A stretch of DNA of 56,178 bases from Gemmatimonadota bacterium (GTDB lineage Bacteria > 4572-55 > J002). Location: positions 1 through 56,178 of the forward strand of contig RFFQ01000160.1 of NCBI GenBank assembly GCA_003697105.1, given 5' to 3'. Below the pieces are notes generated by a model. The model was not told where the DNA came from, did not search any database, and saw nothing but the letters and a program-made list of their open reading frames with translations. Shown one piece after another: positions 10,058 to 20,554 of the stretch; the first letter of the stretch is position 1, and every line of letters starts with the position of its first letter. Both the position numbers and the translations under genes were made by a program.

Positions 10058-10366
10058 ATGGATGACAAACACGTAATTATGGACTTATTGACCGAACTGG
10101 TAAAGAATAAAATGGCAATTTTTGGGGAGGGGGCAGTCCGTAAAGTTCAACAACTTCCCCATCTCGTGGTAGATAACTCTGGAACGGTCGTATCTATTTC
10201 CGGGGACTTGGAACAAGCGGTTAAAGATGTATTTTTGGTTTACGAAAAATTTTCGGGGCGGACTTCCACCATTTCCGGACGGATATTATTGAAAAAATTG
10301 ATAACATACAAATTTCCCCAACACAACCACCTAAAAAGATTGATCCACGATGCCTCAGAGTTTTGA
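10058..10366 (+). CDS. Small soluble hypothetical protein (102 aa)
   Basis: ATG 10058 after a purine-rich leader, 19 nt after the previous stop; protein-like composition. Confidence 0.65.
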   Translation: MDDKHVIMDLLTELVKNKMAIFGEGAVRKVQQLPHLVVDNSGTVVSISGDLEQAVKDVFLVYEKFSGRTSTISGRILLKKLITYKFPQHNHLKRLIHDASEF

Positions 10367-10389
10367 ACCCCACGCTTTCCGGTAAAAGA

Positions 10390-13300
10390 TTACCGCAATT
10401 CAATTTCGATGCACTTTACCGAGCGATTCCGAATCTGAGTCACAATGTCTCCATCAAGACAATCTCCTTGAAACGTCTGCACCGAATCCTCTTGATCGAC
10501 CACAATCCATTCTGCCGGAGAAACCGCCCCCATTCCAAACGTATCTTTGCGCGCCGGATTGTGGTACACCACCAAAACAGACCCCAGAAACATAAAGCTG
10601 AACGTATTCGCCGACAATTCAACTTCCTGCCATGTGCCACCCACCTTCAACCGGTGGGTGTGGGATGTTGTGGTGAACAGCCATCCCGGTAGTGCCGGGT
10701 TTAACTTTAGTTGCAATGCGCCATCTGGATGAACCTGAAACGGCGTTTGTCCCACCGCCATGATCATCAAGATATTAATAAACTCTGCCGTGGCGCCACT
10801 TAACCGGGCGACAAACCCGTTACCGTGAATCGACGGGTCCGGGTTGGCACTGCTGACAATAAATGAAGAATTTTCCAGAATACTTCTACCGTAAATTTCA
10901 GGGTTAAAAAACGGTACAAAAACATGCCGGAAATCATGATAAAACGCAGTGTAGAAGCCATTTTTCAGGAGTTCCAACATGTACTTATATTCCATGTGCA
11001 ACCAAATCGACTCATTTTCAAACCAACCCGGTGAAAAGGTGCGGGCACGTCCTATTTCCATAGGTTCCCGCGCTAGGGATTCGTTTACTTTGAACATCTT
11101 TAAATGGCGGTCATACAAGCTACTTTTTCGGAGATTTACAATCAACTTGCGGGAGGTTTCCGTTCCGGGATGGCACCGCAAGAAATGGACAGGACCTTCT
11201 AAGAAGAGGGGCAACGCCCGCGATTCAAATCGCTTTGCCCGAAAACAGGGCAACCCGTTTTCATTGTGCTTGACCTGCCCCTGTTCGTTGGTGATGATCT
11301 CATAATCCACCACCGTATTGATAAAATAAGTCGATAAAACCCCATTTTCCGGGTTCCAGGCGTTATCAATACCATCATTTACGATGCGAAGTGCCGTAAT
11401 CAGATACGCTTTAATATCCGAAATGGGAACGGGTGATTCATGACCCCGGATACCGAACCGGGTGGATTGCCGGTAATCTTCTTTTGCCGTGGTGGCGCGA
11501 TCCCAAAAGTCATAAGGGGATAAATCTTGGCGGAAAAGCGTGTACCACCGGGTCATAAATAGTTCCAATTCTTCAAAAATATAGAATAGCGTATCCGGCG
11601 GAAGCGTATCCAGTGCCGCTTGTAAAAATAGAATGTGCCGTTTGATTTCTAACGTCTCGCTAACACTGGAACCAATCAATCCCGGCAGACCATTAAGCGC
11701 ATCATACCAGTTGGGTTTATCGGCTTCCATCTCCACCCCAATACCGGCGGGGTCGAGCGATGCCAGCTTGTTGGTGATCAGGCAAAGCAGTTTAACAAAC
11801 AAAGTGGTCTGGTACACCTCACCGTTGCCCCAATCAGTACGAACCTGATGCCGCCAAGAGGCACGTTTGTTAAGGAGGGCTTCTTTTTCTTCATCCCACA
11901 CCACCGCGTTAAGTTGCATGGGTTTGCCTTCCCATATCACATATTTATCATCACGGGATTGCACCCGGTGCGCGTTATCGTAAAACGTAAAGGTCTTTTT
12001 TTCAAACAGTAGATGCTGTTTCTTTTCAGGATAGAGCGCCAGATAGTTTTCGATCAAATCCAGATTATACGTCCAGTGATCTGTCCAGAAGCCCTCGCCA
12101 TGTTCCGCATCGTGATGTTTTTGGCAAATACCTAACAGGTCACCCAAGAACATTTCCGGGTCGCCGTTAAGGTGAATCTCCCGCTGATTTAGTTCGATCA
12201 TCAACTCGCCGGGGGTAAACGGTTCTTTCAAGAGGGCACGCACTTCTGCCACCGAACCCGCCTCCAGATAATCCGCCAACACAGCCGCTAACCGGTTTGC
12301 ATCCGGGCAGGTAAACCGGGTTTCTTTAATCACCAACGGGTTAAATCCGTCCAATTGGATCAAATTGACAAACTGTTCCACATTTCCATCACCCACATCA
12401 GGGTTGAAAAAGAGGTCACACCGCCGGTTCTGATTCACATCGCGGAAATTACCATTTCCTTGGGAATAGGGAGTGGGGGTCAGGCGGAAGTCGTTATAGT
12501 CGCGTTCCAGATCGCCATGCTTACGGGAGTACAAATGGAGGGTTGACCGCCCTTGTTTTCCTGTCAGGGTATAGGGAAAACCGCCCCGGAGCACATTATC
12601 CAAAAAATTTTGACGGGCATAGAAGTTCAATGCCGGTTCATTACTAAAAATAAAGTTATGTTGGGTTAATTCATCGATCAGTTCCTGATTTTCAACAAGC
12701 TTAGTGTCAATGTAAGCGGGTTTGGTGATCCGCGGAATCCGCTCATTTAAGGCGGCTACGGAATGGGCATGTCCAATGATGGAGGTGAACGTATAGCAGG
12801 AATGGGGGTCAATCGTGGTCTGAAAAAGCCCCATCGCACATGGTAACCGGTTTTCCAGCATTTGCCCGGCGAGCAATTCGTCACCTGCGCCCATCAAAAA
12901 CCGTTCAGGATAATCGTAATTTCCCCGCCGTCCAAAAATATGTTCGGGGTCAACAAGGGTGGGTGCAATCTGCCCATCAACCTCAAATCCGACATAAAAA
13001 TTGCCTTTTTGGATGCGCACCACATCCGGGCGGTCTGCCGGTTCCACTTTGCCCTTAAAAAACGGCACGTGATGGTCTAGGTTGGTAACCTCTACAAATG
13101 CCTCTACCAAGCGCCGCATATTTTTCAACCCGAAATTGTCGATCCCGTACGGGATAATCAAGGGTAACCCATCCAGCCCTTCCACTGCTATTTTGGACGC
13201 TGTGATATTCTCAATCCGGAGCCGGCGCACCAGACCGGCATATTCCGCATTGGGGATGGTGAAATACTCCACGGTCATGTTCAAACCAAGTGTGGGGTTC

Positions 13301-13674
13301 TTTTCTTCTAGGATTACATGAGCCGGTTGGATGGTCAGCCGTTGGGTGCGCTGCATGTGTTTATCTCTAAGATGATCCTGAAACGGCTCATAAAACTGGT
13401 TCTGAACTTTGAGAAAGGTACGAAATCCCTGTGACGGTACCAGTTGATATGCCCAATTTGCCGGCAGAAACTCCATGATGGGGTGGTGTTTGCCTTCAAT
13501 GCCCATACTGCACACACATTGTCCCCGGTTCACATAAAACACCCACATGGGAATACCACTCTTACCCGCCACACCGGGGAAAAAGCTGGCAAATAATTTA
13601 GCGGAATTATAATTTTCGATGACAACGTCACCGGTGCTGGTAAGATGATAGGATGGAGTTTTTGGATACATCAT
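10390..13674 (-). CDS. Beta-1,3-glucan phosphorylase, GH161-like
   Basis: 1094 aa, no signal peptide. Motifs GIPMWVFYVNRGQ, RKHGDLERDYN, QGNGNFRDVNQNRR, WYDALNGLPG and PGWFENESIWLHMEYKY match GH161 as I recall them, rather than GH149 or GH94. Confidence 0.8.
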   Translation of the reverse strand: MMYPKTPSYHLTSTGDVVIENYNSAKLFASFFPGVAGKSGIPMWVFYVNRGQCVCSMGIEGKHHPIMEFLPANWAYQLVPSQGFRTFLKVQNQFYEPFQDHLRDKHMQRTQRLTIQPAHVILEEKNPTLGLNMTVEYFTIPNAEYAGLVRRLRIENITASKIAVEGLDGLPLIIPYGIDNFGLKNMRRLVEAFVEVTNLDHHVPFFKGKVEPADRPDVVRIQKGNFYVGFEVDGQIAPTLVDPEHIFGRRGNYDYPERFLMGAGDELLAGQMLENRLPCAMGLFQTTIDPHSCYTFTSIIGHAHSVAALNERIPRITKPAYIDTKLVENQELIDELTQHNFIFSNEPALNFYARQNFLDNVLRGGFPYTLTGKQGRSTLHLYSRKHGDLERDYNDFRLTPTPYSQGNGNFRDVNQNRRCDLFFNPDVGDGNVEQFVNLIQLDGFNPLVIKETRFTCPDANRLAAVLADYLEAGSVAEVRALLKEPFTPGELMIELNQREIHLNGDPEMFLGDLLGICQKHHDAEHGEGFWTDHWTYNLDLIENYLALYPEKKQHLLFEKKTFTFYDNAHRVQSRDDKYVIWEGKPMQLNAVVWDEEKEALLNKRASWRHQVRTDWGNGEVYQTTLFVKLLCLITNKLASLDPAGIGVEMEADKPNWYDALNGLPGLIGSSVSETLEIKRHILFLQAALDTLPPDTLFYIFEELELFMTRWYTLFRQDLSPYDFWDRATTAKEDYRQSTRFGIRGHESPVPISDIKAYLITALRIVNDGIDNAWNPENGVLSTYFINTVVDYEIITNEQGQVKHNENGLPCFRAKRFESRALPLFLEGPVHFLRCHPGTETSRKLIVNLRKSSLYDRHLKMFKVNESLAREPMEIGRARTFSPGWFENESIWLHMEYKYMLELLKNGFYTAFYHDFRHVFVPFFNPEIYGRSILENSSFIVSSANPDPSIHGNGFVARLSGATAEFINILMIMAVGQTPFQVHPDGALQLKLNPALPGWLFTTTSHTHRLKVGGTWQEVELSANTFSFMFLGSVLVVYHNPARKDTFGMGAVSPAEWIVVDQEDSVQTFQGDCLDGDIVTQIRNRSVKCIEIELR

Positions 13675-13692
13675 AATCGTCCTTTCTGCCGG

Positions 13693-14679
13693 TTAGCCGC
13701 CGTGTAAAAAGCAACGGACAAAGTGGTTATCCGCTAATTTTGTTAGGGGAGGCATCTGCTCCCGGCATTGGGGGGTGGTATGTGGGCAACGACTGGCAAA
13801 GGGACAGCCCCGGCTTTCCGGCCGCCACGTGGGAATCTCTTTTTTTTCGACTTCAGGTAGAGAAATACGCGAACCCCGTTTATGCGGGTCGGGCACTGCC
13901 GAAAGGAGTAATTGCGTATAGGGATGTTGGGGGTTTGAGGTTACATCACGGCTGTCACCGGTTTCTACCATGTGACCCACGTACATCACCGCAATCTCCT
14001 CCGTGAAGTAGCGGGCAGTGGCAATATCATGCGTAATGTACAAAAAGGCGGTATTAAAGTCCTCTTTCATCGCTTCCATCAAATTCAAAATACCCAGCCG
14101 GATGGAAACATCTAGGGCGGAGGTCGGTTCATCCGCCAAAACCACTTCCGTACCGAGCGCCAATGTTTTGCCGATACACACCCGTTGGCGCTGCCCGCCA
14201 CTCAGTTGGTAGGCATATTTTTTTGCCGTTTGCTCTACCGGAATTAGACCGACTTTTTCCAACACAGAATAGACCTTATCCTCCAGTTCGGATTTATTTT
14301 GAACAATCTTGTGGATTTGCAACGGGCGGGCAATATGATGAAAAACCGTATGCACCGGATTCAAAGCGCCGTACGGGTCTTGAAAAATCATTTGCACCTT
14401 CCGGCGGTATGCCATGACGGACGCTTTGTCCGTAAATGTGGCAATATCATTCCCTTGGAACAAAATCTCACCGGCAGTTCGCGGATATTGCAAGGAGATC
14501 ACCCGTGCAGAAGTGCTTTTGCCGCTCCCGGATTCCCCCACGATCCCTAACGCACGCCCCGGATAAAGATTGAATGAGACATCGTTCACCGCCCGCATGT
14601 ACTGCTTCGTAAAAATGCCCTGTTTGGTGGGGAAGTCCTTGACCAAATGGCGAACTTCCATGATCGGCTGAAGGCTCAT
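13693..14679 (-). CDS. Opp/Dpp-family ABC transporter ATPase (OppF-like)
   Basis: Walker A GESGSGKS, signature LSGGQRQR, Walker B LADEP and a C-terminal Cys cluster. The start overlaps the upstream stop. Confidence 0.93.
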   Translation of the reverse strand: MSLQPIMEVRHLVKDFPTKQGIFTKQYMRAVNDVSFNLYPGRALGIVGESGSGKSTSARVISLQYPRTAGEILFQGNDIATFTDKASVMAYRRKVQMIFQDPYGALNPVHTVFHHIARPLQIHKIVQNKSELEDKVYSVLEKVGLIPVEQTAKKYAYQLSGGQRQRVCIGKTLALGTEVVLADEPTSALDVSIRLGILNLMEAMKEDFNTAFLYITHDIATARYFTEEIAVMYVGHMVETGDSRDVTSNPQHPYTQLLLSAVPDPHKRGSRISLPEVEKKEIPTWRPESRGCPFASRCPHTTPQCREQMPPLTKLADNHFVRCFLHGG

Positions 14680-15674
14680 CACTCCGCTCCTCCTTCAGGT
14701 GTGGGGAACAGGTGGCACGCCACCTGCCGTCCGGGTTCAATCTCGATTAAGGGTGGGTTTTCTCGTTTACAAATATCCATACATGCCTCACAGCGAGGGG
14801 CAAAATAGCAACCGGGCGGCGGGTCCCACAGGTTCACCGGAAAACCGGAAATCCCGCTTAGTACCTTTTTCTCCCCGCTTAATAACGGAAACGAGTTGAT
14901 CAGCCCATTTGTGTACGGATGTTTGGGATCAAGGATGACCTGTTCAGATGTCGCCAATTCCACAATTCGCCCCCCATACATGATCGCGATCCGGTCGGAA
15001 ATTTCGCCCAACAGACTCAAATCATGGGTAATCAGGAGAATTGTAAAGCCAAATTGGTGTTTCAGTTCCTCCAGTTTTGCCATGATTTCCCGCTCAACCA
15101 CCACATCGAGCGCGGTCGTCGGCTCATCCATAATAATCATTTGGGGGTCGAGTGCCAACGCAATGGCAATCACGACCCGTTGGCGCATCCCGCCACTAAA
15201 TTGATGGGGATAATCGTTCATCCGATCCGGGCTGATACCGACTCGTTCCAGAAGGTTTGCCGCTTGTGCCACGGCGTCTGCTTTGGAAATATTCCGGTGC
15301 GCTAAAATGACATCGCACATTTGGTCGCGGATGGAGACCACCGGATTGAGGCAGTTCATCGCGCTTTGAAACACCACGCTAATATCGTTCCAGCGGATAC
15401 GACGCAAGCGCTCCTCGTCCATGCAGAGAATATCCTCACCATTAAATATCACCTCGCCCTCCGGAATCAATGCCGGCGGCTTGTGCAGACGCAAAATGGA
15501 AAACGCCAGCGTACTTTTGCCACAGCCGGATTCACCCGCCAGACCCAGGGTTTCCCCCCGCTTGACCGTCAAATTGACCCGGTCAACCGCTCGGACGGGT
15601 TTTTTCTCCGTCAAATAGTCCACGCAAAGATTGCGAATTTCCAAGATAGTACCGGTGGATGATCCTTGATTCAC
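14679..15674 (-). CDS. Opp/Dpp-family ABC transporter ATPase (OppD-like)
   Basis: [26 protein letters not shown] and a C-terminal Cys cluster. Confidence 0.93.
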   Translation of the reverse strand: MNQGSSTGTILEIRNLCVDYLTEKKPVRAVDRVNLTVKRGETLGLAGESGCGKSTLAFSILRLHKPPALIPEGEVIFNGEDILCMDEERLRRIRWNDISVVFQSAMNCLNPVVSIRDQMCDVILAHRNISKADAVAQAANLLERVGISPDRMNDYPHQFSGGMRQRVVIAIALALDPQMIIMDEPTTALDVVVEREIMAKLEELKHQFGFTILLITHDLSLLGEISDRIAIMYGGRIVELATSEQVILDPKHPYTNGLINSFPLLSGEKKVLSGISGFPVNLWDPPPGCYFAPRCEACMDICKRENPPLIEIEPGRQVACHLFPTPEGGAE

Positions 15675-16819
15675 GCCAACTCCTTATCATTTCTTGCTTT
15701 TGCTAACCGTTTTTGTTGAATCTCGTTATACCGTTTTTTCCATAAACCCATATTACCGCCGCCTTTTAATTGCGGGTTGCTGACATAATCCATACCCATG
15801 TTCAGCAGAGCCAACCCCCCGCCAAAGATCGAGATGGTAATGGCAGGTGCTAACATCTCCCACCATGCCCCGACGATCAAAGCGGAGTTGTTTTGTGCCC
15901 ACAGAAGCATTGTACCCCATGTTACGACGCTGGGGTCACCTAAACCGATGAATTCCAAACCGGCTTCCGCCAGTACCGCATATAGCGTTGTCCCCACAAA
16001 CTGACCGGCAATCAGGTTGATAACATTGGGCACCATTTCCACAACAATAATGCGCCATTTGGATTCACCAATTGCTTCGGCGGCGGTAATAAACTCCCGT
16101 TTTCGGATGGATAAGGTTTGAGAACGGAGTACCCGGGCGCCCCACGCCCATGAGGTCACACCAATGATGATGGCAATGGAATGCGGTCCGGCTTCACCTA
16201 AAAATGCCGCCAGCACTAAAATCAGCGGTAAATTCGGGATAACCAACACCACGTTCATCATAAACACCAGCAATTCATCCACTTTACCGCCCATATATGC
16301 CGCCGTCACACCCATTAACACCGCGATCACGGTTCCGATCAGCCCCGCACCAAAGCCAACCAGTAGAGAAATCCGCGCCCCATAAATCAATTGGCTCAAC
16401 ACATCCTGACCGGCGCGAGTTGTACCCAGCCAATGCCGGCGGCTGGGAGGCTCATGCCCCGGATCGTGACGGGAATAGCCCGCAATCCGTTTTTGCAGTG
16501 GTAGCGGTATTTCGGTACCGGTTTGGGTCTCAATGGTGCGGAGGAACTCATGCTTATCTTCAAATCCGTGCCCTTTTAAGGCGGCTAAAGTGGCTTCTAT
16601 TTCGGCAGACATTCCCTCTATTCCGGCTAATTTTTCGAGGGTTTCATCTGTAATTTTGTATTTAATTGGGTCGCGTTCCAGCGCACCGTACGGCGCAATG
16701 AGCGGAGCAAACACCGCCAGCAATACAAACGTGCCGATAATAGTCGCACCGATCACCGCCGGCGAGTTGCCCTTAAAAAAGCGGATTATACTTTCGAGAA
16801 ATCGACTCATTTCAATCAC
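15671..16819 (-). CDS. Opp/Dpp-family ABC permease (OppC-like) with an inserted ~70-aa domain
   Basis: HWLGT..GQDVLSQLIYGARISL and EAA loop EFITAAEAIGES; extra hydrophilic segment after TM1. Confidence 0.9.
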   Translation of the reverse strand: MIEMSRFLESIIRFFKGNSPAVIGATIIGTFVLLAVFAPLIAPYGALERDPIKYKITDETLEKLAGIEGMSAEIEATLAALKGHGFEDKHEFLRTIETQTGTEIPLPLQKRIAGYSRHDPGHEPPSRRHWLGTTRAGQDVLSQLIYGARISLLVGFGAGLIGTVIAVLMGVTAAYMGGKVDELLVFMMNVVLVIPNLPLILVLAAFLGEAGPHSIAIIIGVTSWAWGARVLRSQTLSIRKREFITAAEAIGESKWRIIVVEMVPNVINLIAGQFVGTTLYAVLAEAGLEFIGLGDPSVVTWGTMLLWAQNNSALIVGAWWEMLAPAITISIFGGGLALLNMGMDYVSNPQLKGGGNMGLWKKRYNEIQQKRLAKARNDKELA

Positions 16820-16827
16820 TCATTATT

Positions 16828-17802
16828 TCATTGACGAAGCCGCGGATCCAGCCAGAGATAAAGCAAATCCGCCACAAAATTAGCTACCAGAACACAGATC
16901 ACGATGATCAGCATCAGTGCCTGAATTAATGGGTAATCACGCACCATCACGCCTTTGAGCATCAGGTTGCCTAAACCCGGGTAATTAAAAACAATCTCCA
17001 CAAAAATTGCCCCACCGACGATAAAGGCAATCGCCATGGATACCGCGGTGATAACCGGTAAAATTGCATTGCGAGCGGCATACTGGAACATCACCCGCCG
17101 CCGGCTCAGACCCTTGCCAACCGCCATACGGATGTAATCCTCACTTAACAAATGGATCATGCTGTTCCGCATGTGAAACAGCCAGCCGCCAATGCTGATC
17201 AGCACCATCGATAAAATCGGCAGAATAGCGTGATAGAGTACATTACCGATAAAGGTTAGATTCCAGCCGGGGTCAAGGTCGGGGTCATAGCCATAAGAGA
17301 TGGGAAACCATTCCAGCACCAGCCCGAAGATGTAAAAAAGAATCATCGCCATGACGACTGCCGGAAACGCACCCAGCACTAAAAATGTCGGGGATGCCAG
17401 TTTATCAAACCAACCCCCTTGATGGTAGGCGGCATAAATGCCCATCAAACTCCCAATAAGAATACTGATAAGGGTGGCAGAGCCTGAAATAAACAGCGTC
17501 CATGGGAGGGCATAGCCGATCACCTCCGAAACCGGCGTAGGGAAAAACAGAACACTTGGACCCAAATCCCACGTGAAAACACTCTTTAGATACGCGCCAT
17601 ATTGCACGTACCAGGGTCCCTCCACAAAGCCATATTGCGCCTTCAACGCCGGTAACTGCTCCGGCGTAATCTTGCCCTGTGCGGCGGCAAACATGATCTC
17701 AAACGGGTCACCGGGCATTAGGCGCGGTAGGGCAAAATTCACGGTAATTGCCACTAAAAACGCCGCCAGATAAAACAGAAACCGTCGAACTAAAAAACCC
17801 AT
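16828..17802 (-). CDS. Opp/Dpp-family ABC permease (OppB-like)
   Basis: PRLMPGDP, EDYIRMAVGKGL, EIVFNYPGLG, RDYPLIQ and C-terminal LDPR. Confidence 0.93.
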   Translation of the reverse strand: MGFLVRRFLFYLAAFLVAITVNFALPRLMPGDPFEIMFAAAQGKITPEQLPALKAQYGFVEGPWYVQYGAYLKSVFTWDLGPSVLFFPTPVSEVIGYALPWTLFISGSATLISILIGSLMGIYAAYHQGGWFDKLASPTFLVLGAFPAVVMAMILFYIFGLVLEWFPISYGYDPDLDPGWNLTFIGNVLYHAILPILSMVLISIGGWLFHMRNSMIHLLSEDYIRMAVGKGLSRRRVMFQYAARNAILPVITAVSMAIAFIVGGAIFVEIVFNYPGLGNLMLKGVMVRDYPLIQALMLIIVICVLVANFVADLLYLWLDPRLRQ

Positions 17803-17813
17803 AGCATACCCCT

Positions 17814-19460
17814 TTAGCGCAGATGTAAGTGGTTGATTAAAATAACCCGTTCCCCGGCATCATAAAAATTAGGATTGATGTACGGATTATCTTCGGTGGG
17901 CCAACCGACAAACCGCTTTGTGGTGTACTGGTACCATGTCGGATTGGAGAACACCGGAATAATCATCAAATTTTGGGCGACAACTTCCTGCAACTGACTA
18001 ATGATTCGTCGTTGTTCTGCTTCATCCCGAACGGTGACGTACCGGTCTAGCAGACTATCGACAGCGGCAGCGCTCCAACCATGCTTGGCTTCAAAAACAC
18101 CGGCTTTATCAATGTTTTGAGAGTGCAAAAGCGGGGCGTAAAAGCGATACGGCGTGACACCGGTCATCCCATACAACATCCCCACCTCAAATTCACGATT
18201 ATTCCAATTGCTAACATACTGCCCCCATTCAACCGTCTTGGTTTTCGCATTAACCCCCACGTATTTGAGGTCTTCCGTGATCATCTGCACGCTTTGAATC
18301 CAATCCGTCCACCCACTGACAACCATGATCGAGAACTCAATCGGTGACCCATCTTTATTTTCACGGATGCCGTCGCCATCGGAATCGATATACCCCGCGT
18401 CGTCCAGTATCTGTTTCGCTTTTTCGGGGTTGTATTCATTCAACCAATCATATTTTTGATTAACGTCATCATCATACCACGCCGCAAAAAAATCACCGAT
18501 CCCCGTGATGTGCGGGTTGAGTGAAGCATAGCCGTATGTTGCCAGCTCGACTACGCTTTCCCGATCCAGTGCCAGACTAAATGCCTGCCGGAAGTTCAGG
18601 TCGTCCAGCGGTGGCTTATCCAGATTGAGGTTTAAGAAAATCGGTGATCCCGCCGGATACCAATAGCGATTGTGCTCGGGGTCTTTTGCCACGAACGTTT
18701 TCTCAATATCGGGGATAAAATTAGAACCCCAGTCAATTTCCCCGCGGATCAAAGCGGCTTGTACTTGCGCGTTACTTTGGTATTGGCGCAGCCGGACACA
18801 ATCGATATACGGCTTGCCCTCTTCCCAATAATAGGGGTTACGACAGACGGTGATTTGATACGGGCTGAAACGTTTCACCTCCGTAAAGGGTCCCGATCCC
18901 ACCGGATGTTTATTGGTAAATAATTCGGGATTTTCAACATTCTGCCAGATGTGCTTTGGGACAATGTATTGGCTAGGGATCGACCATTCAACCGTTGTAT
19001 TCACTTGCGTCAGATGAAACCGAACCGTGCGGTGATCCACTTTTTCTACCCATTTGATTTTCGGAGTCTCTCCCACGAACAGTCCCGCCACATCAACTGC
19101 CGGGAATTTTTTCGCCATCTCGAAGGTAAAAATCACGTCATCAGCGGTCAGCGGCGTACCATCCGACCAACGCAGACCCTCCCGTAAATAATAAGTGATA
19201 GAGAGGAGGTCATCCGAATACTCAAAATGTTCGGCTAGGCGGTACTCGATGCGATTTTGGCGGAAATTATAGACGACCAGAGGCTCATAAATAAACCCCG
19301 GCGCCGGACTGCGGTTTACATTTTGGGTATAGGGATTGAAATTTTCAATAAAAGCGATGGTAAGAACGGGACCATCGATGGTTCCACCCCGTTTTTGCGC
19401 AAAGAGAGGTATGGAAAACATCAGTAACACGATGAGGACGGCGATAAGGGTATGTTTCAT
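17814..19460 (-). CDS. ABC solute-binding protein family 5, probably binding oligosaccharides
   Basis: Signal peptide; NFNPY..FIYEPL, LREGLRWSDGTPLTADDVIFTF, PVGSGPF and SGWTDW resemble chitin/cello-oligosaccharide-binding family-5 SBPs; glycosidase context. Confidence 0.88.
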   Translation of the reverse strand: MKHTLIAVLIVLLMFSIPLFAQKRGGTIDGPVLTIAFIENFNPYTQNVNRSPAPGFIYEPLVVYNFRQNRIEYRLAEHFEYSDDLLSITYYLREGLRWSDGTPLTADDVIFTFEMAKKFPAVDVAGLFVGETPKIKWVEKVDHRTVRFHLTQVNTTVEWSIPSQYIVPKHIWQNVENPELFTNKHPVGSGPFTEVKRFSPYQITVCRNPYYWEEGKPYIDCVRLRQYQSNAQVQAALIRGEIDWGSNFIPDIEKTFVAKDPEHNRYWYPAGSPIFLNLNLDKPPLDDLNFRQAFSLALDRESVVELATYGYASLNPHITGIGDFFAAWYDDDVNQKYDWLNEYNPEKAKQILDDAGYIDSDGDGIRENKDGSPIEFSIMVVSGWTDWIQSVQMITEDLKYVGVNAKTKTVEWGQYVSNWNNREFEVGMLYGMTGVTPYRFYAPLLHSQNIDKAGVFEAKHGWSAAAVDSLLDRYVTVRDEAEQRRIISQLQEVVAQNLMIIPVFSNPTWYQYTTKRFVGWPTEDNPYINPNFYDAGERVILINHLHLR

Positions 19461-19477
19461 AATCCAAAAATCCCGGC

Positions 19478-20554
19478 TTATTTCAAAAAATGGACGACGG
19501 AGGGTTTGGGGGTACGGTCAACATAGAAAAGACCCCAATGTTTTTCAACTTCATTGGCGGGGGAGCTATCCCCGCCACCTTTCCACGGTTCATCAAACAC
19601 TTCAAACCAAAATGTGGTGATCTGGTTTCCCTCGATCCATTGGGTTAAGTCCCGTAAAAACTGCTCCTGTCTTGCCAAACTGACTTCACCTTTGATCAAC
19701 GTCCCCTGCTGCCCCTCCCCGATTTTGCTGGCGTTGTAGTCGGTTGCCCAACCGGTTTCGCCGAGGACGATCACCTTATTTGGATGCCGGGCTTGAATAT
19801 CATGGTACACGGAATCCGTCCAACTGATGGCATTTGCCAGCCGCTGACCATTCCACAGGGCGTAGGCGTGCATCACAATAAAATCAATTTCGTCTGCCAC
19901 GGTCTGGCTTTCTGGTTTATTCCAAAAGTTGTAATCATCGGCGGTCGTCACTGGCTGGGATACATACCAACGAACCGCACGGATATATTGGATCAAGGTT
20001 TTTTGCGCGAGTCGGTGTCCCGACCAAAAGACTTGCGTTTCGTTGCCGGCATTCACCGCGATGACAATATCTTTAAACTGATTTGCCAGAGCGATCCCGC
20101 GGGCTACCTGTGCCAGATTCTGTTGCTGGTAAAGGGGATTATCGTTTTCGGTGGTGAGCCAGATACCAAGCATCACTTTTAGGGGGAGGTCATTCTTGCG
20201 GATAACCTCCAAAATGCGCTCCGAGTCATCATCAGCCCCGTAAATCCGGATCAGATTCCAATGCTGGGTGATAATGTTCAAATCTTCGAGGATTTCCGCT
20301 TCAGAGGGTCCCCGGATGCCCGGTGCTTGACCTGCCCGAAAGGGTCCATAGGAGACGGCGTTACCAATCCATTTGCCATCAACGTTGGGTTGAAATTCAC
20401 GAGGATGGAACGGGTCTGCTTTCGGTATTGAGGCGATTGTTTGGCGTAGTTCATCAACCGAAGGGGTCTGCGCCGTAATGGGAGGCACATTTACACAAGC
20501 GATCCATACCCCCCCGTACAACGCCACAATCACCCATAACATGGGACGGTTCAT
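19478..20554 (-). CDS. GH17 beta-1,3-glucanase/transglycosylase, exported (possible lipobox IAC)
   Basis: Motifs VSYGPFR, LIRIYG, AGNE, LGETGWAT, FEVFDEPWK and EKHWGLF. Confidence 0.88.
   Translation of the reverse strand: MNRPMLWVIVALYGGVWIACVNVPPITAQTPSVDELRQTIASIPKADPFHPREFQPNVDGKWIGNAVSYGPFRAGQAPGIRGPSEAEILEDLNIITQHWNLIRIYGADDDSERILEVIRKNDLPLKVMLGIWLTTENDNPLYQQQNLAQVARGIALANQFKDIVIAVNAGNETQVFWSGHRLAQKTLIQYIRAVRWYVSQPVTTADDYNFWNKPESQTVADEIDFIVMHAYALWNGQRLANAISWTDSVYHDIQARHPNKVIVLGETGWATDYNASKIGEGQQGTLIKGEVSLARQEQFLRDLTQWIEGNQITTFWFEVFDEPWKGGGDSSPANEVEKHWGLFYVDRTPKPSVVHFLK

Noticed and set aside
10390-13674. GH94 cellobiose phosphorylase or GH149 call
   Set aside because: Length and motifs fit GH161 better as I recall them; an HMM search is still needed to confirm.
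13693-19460. Literal oligopeptide or nickel transporter call
   Set aside because: The family assignment holds, but the glycosidase context and SBP motifs favour an oligosaccharide substrate.
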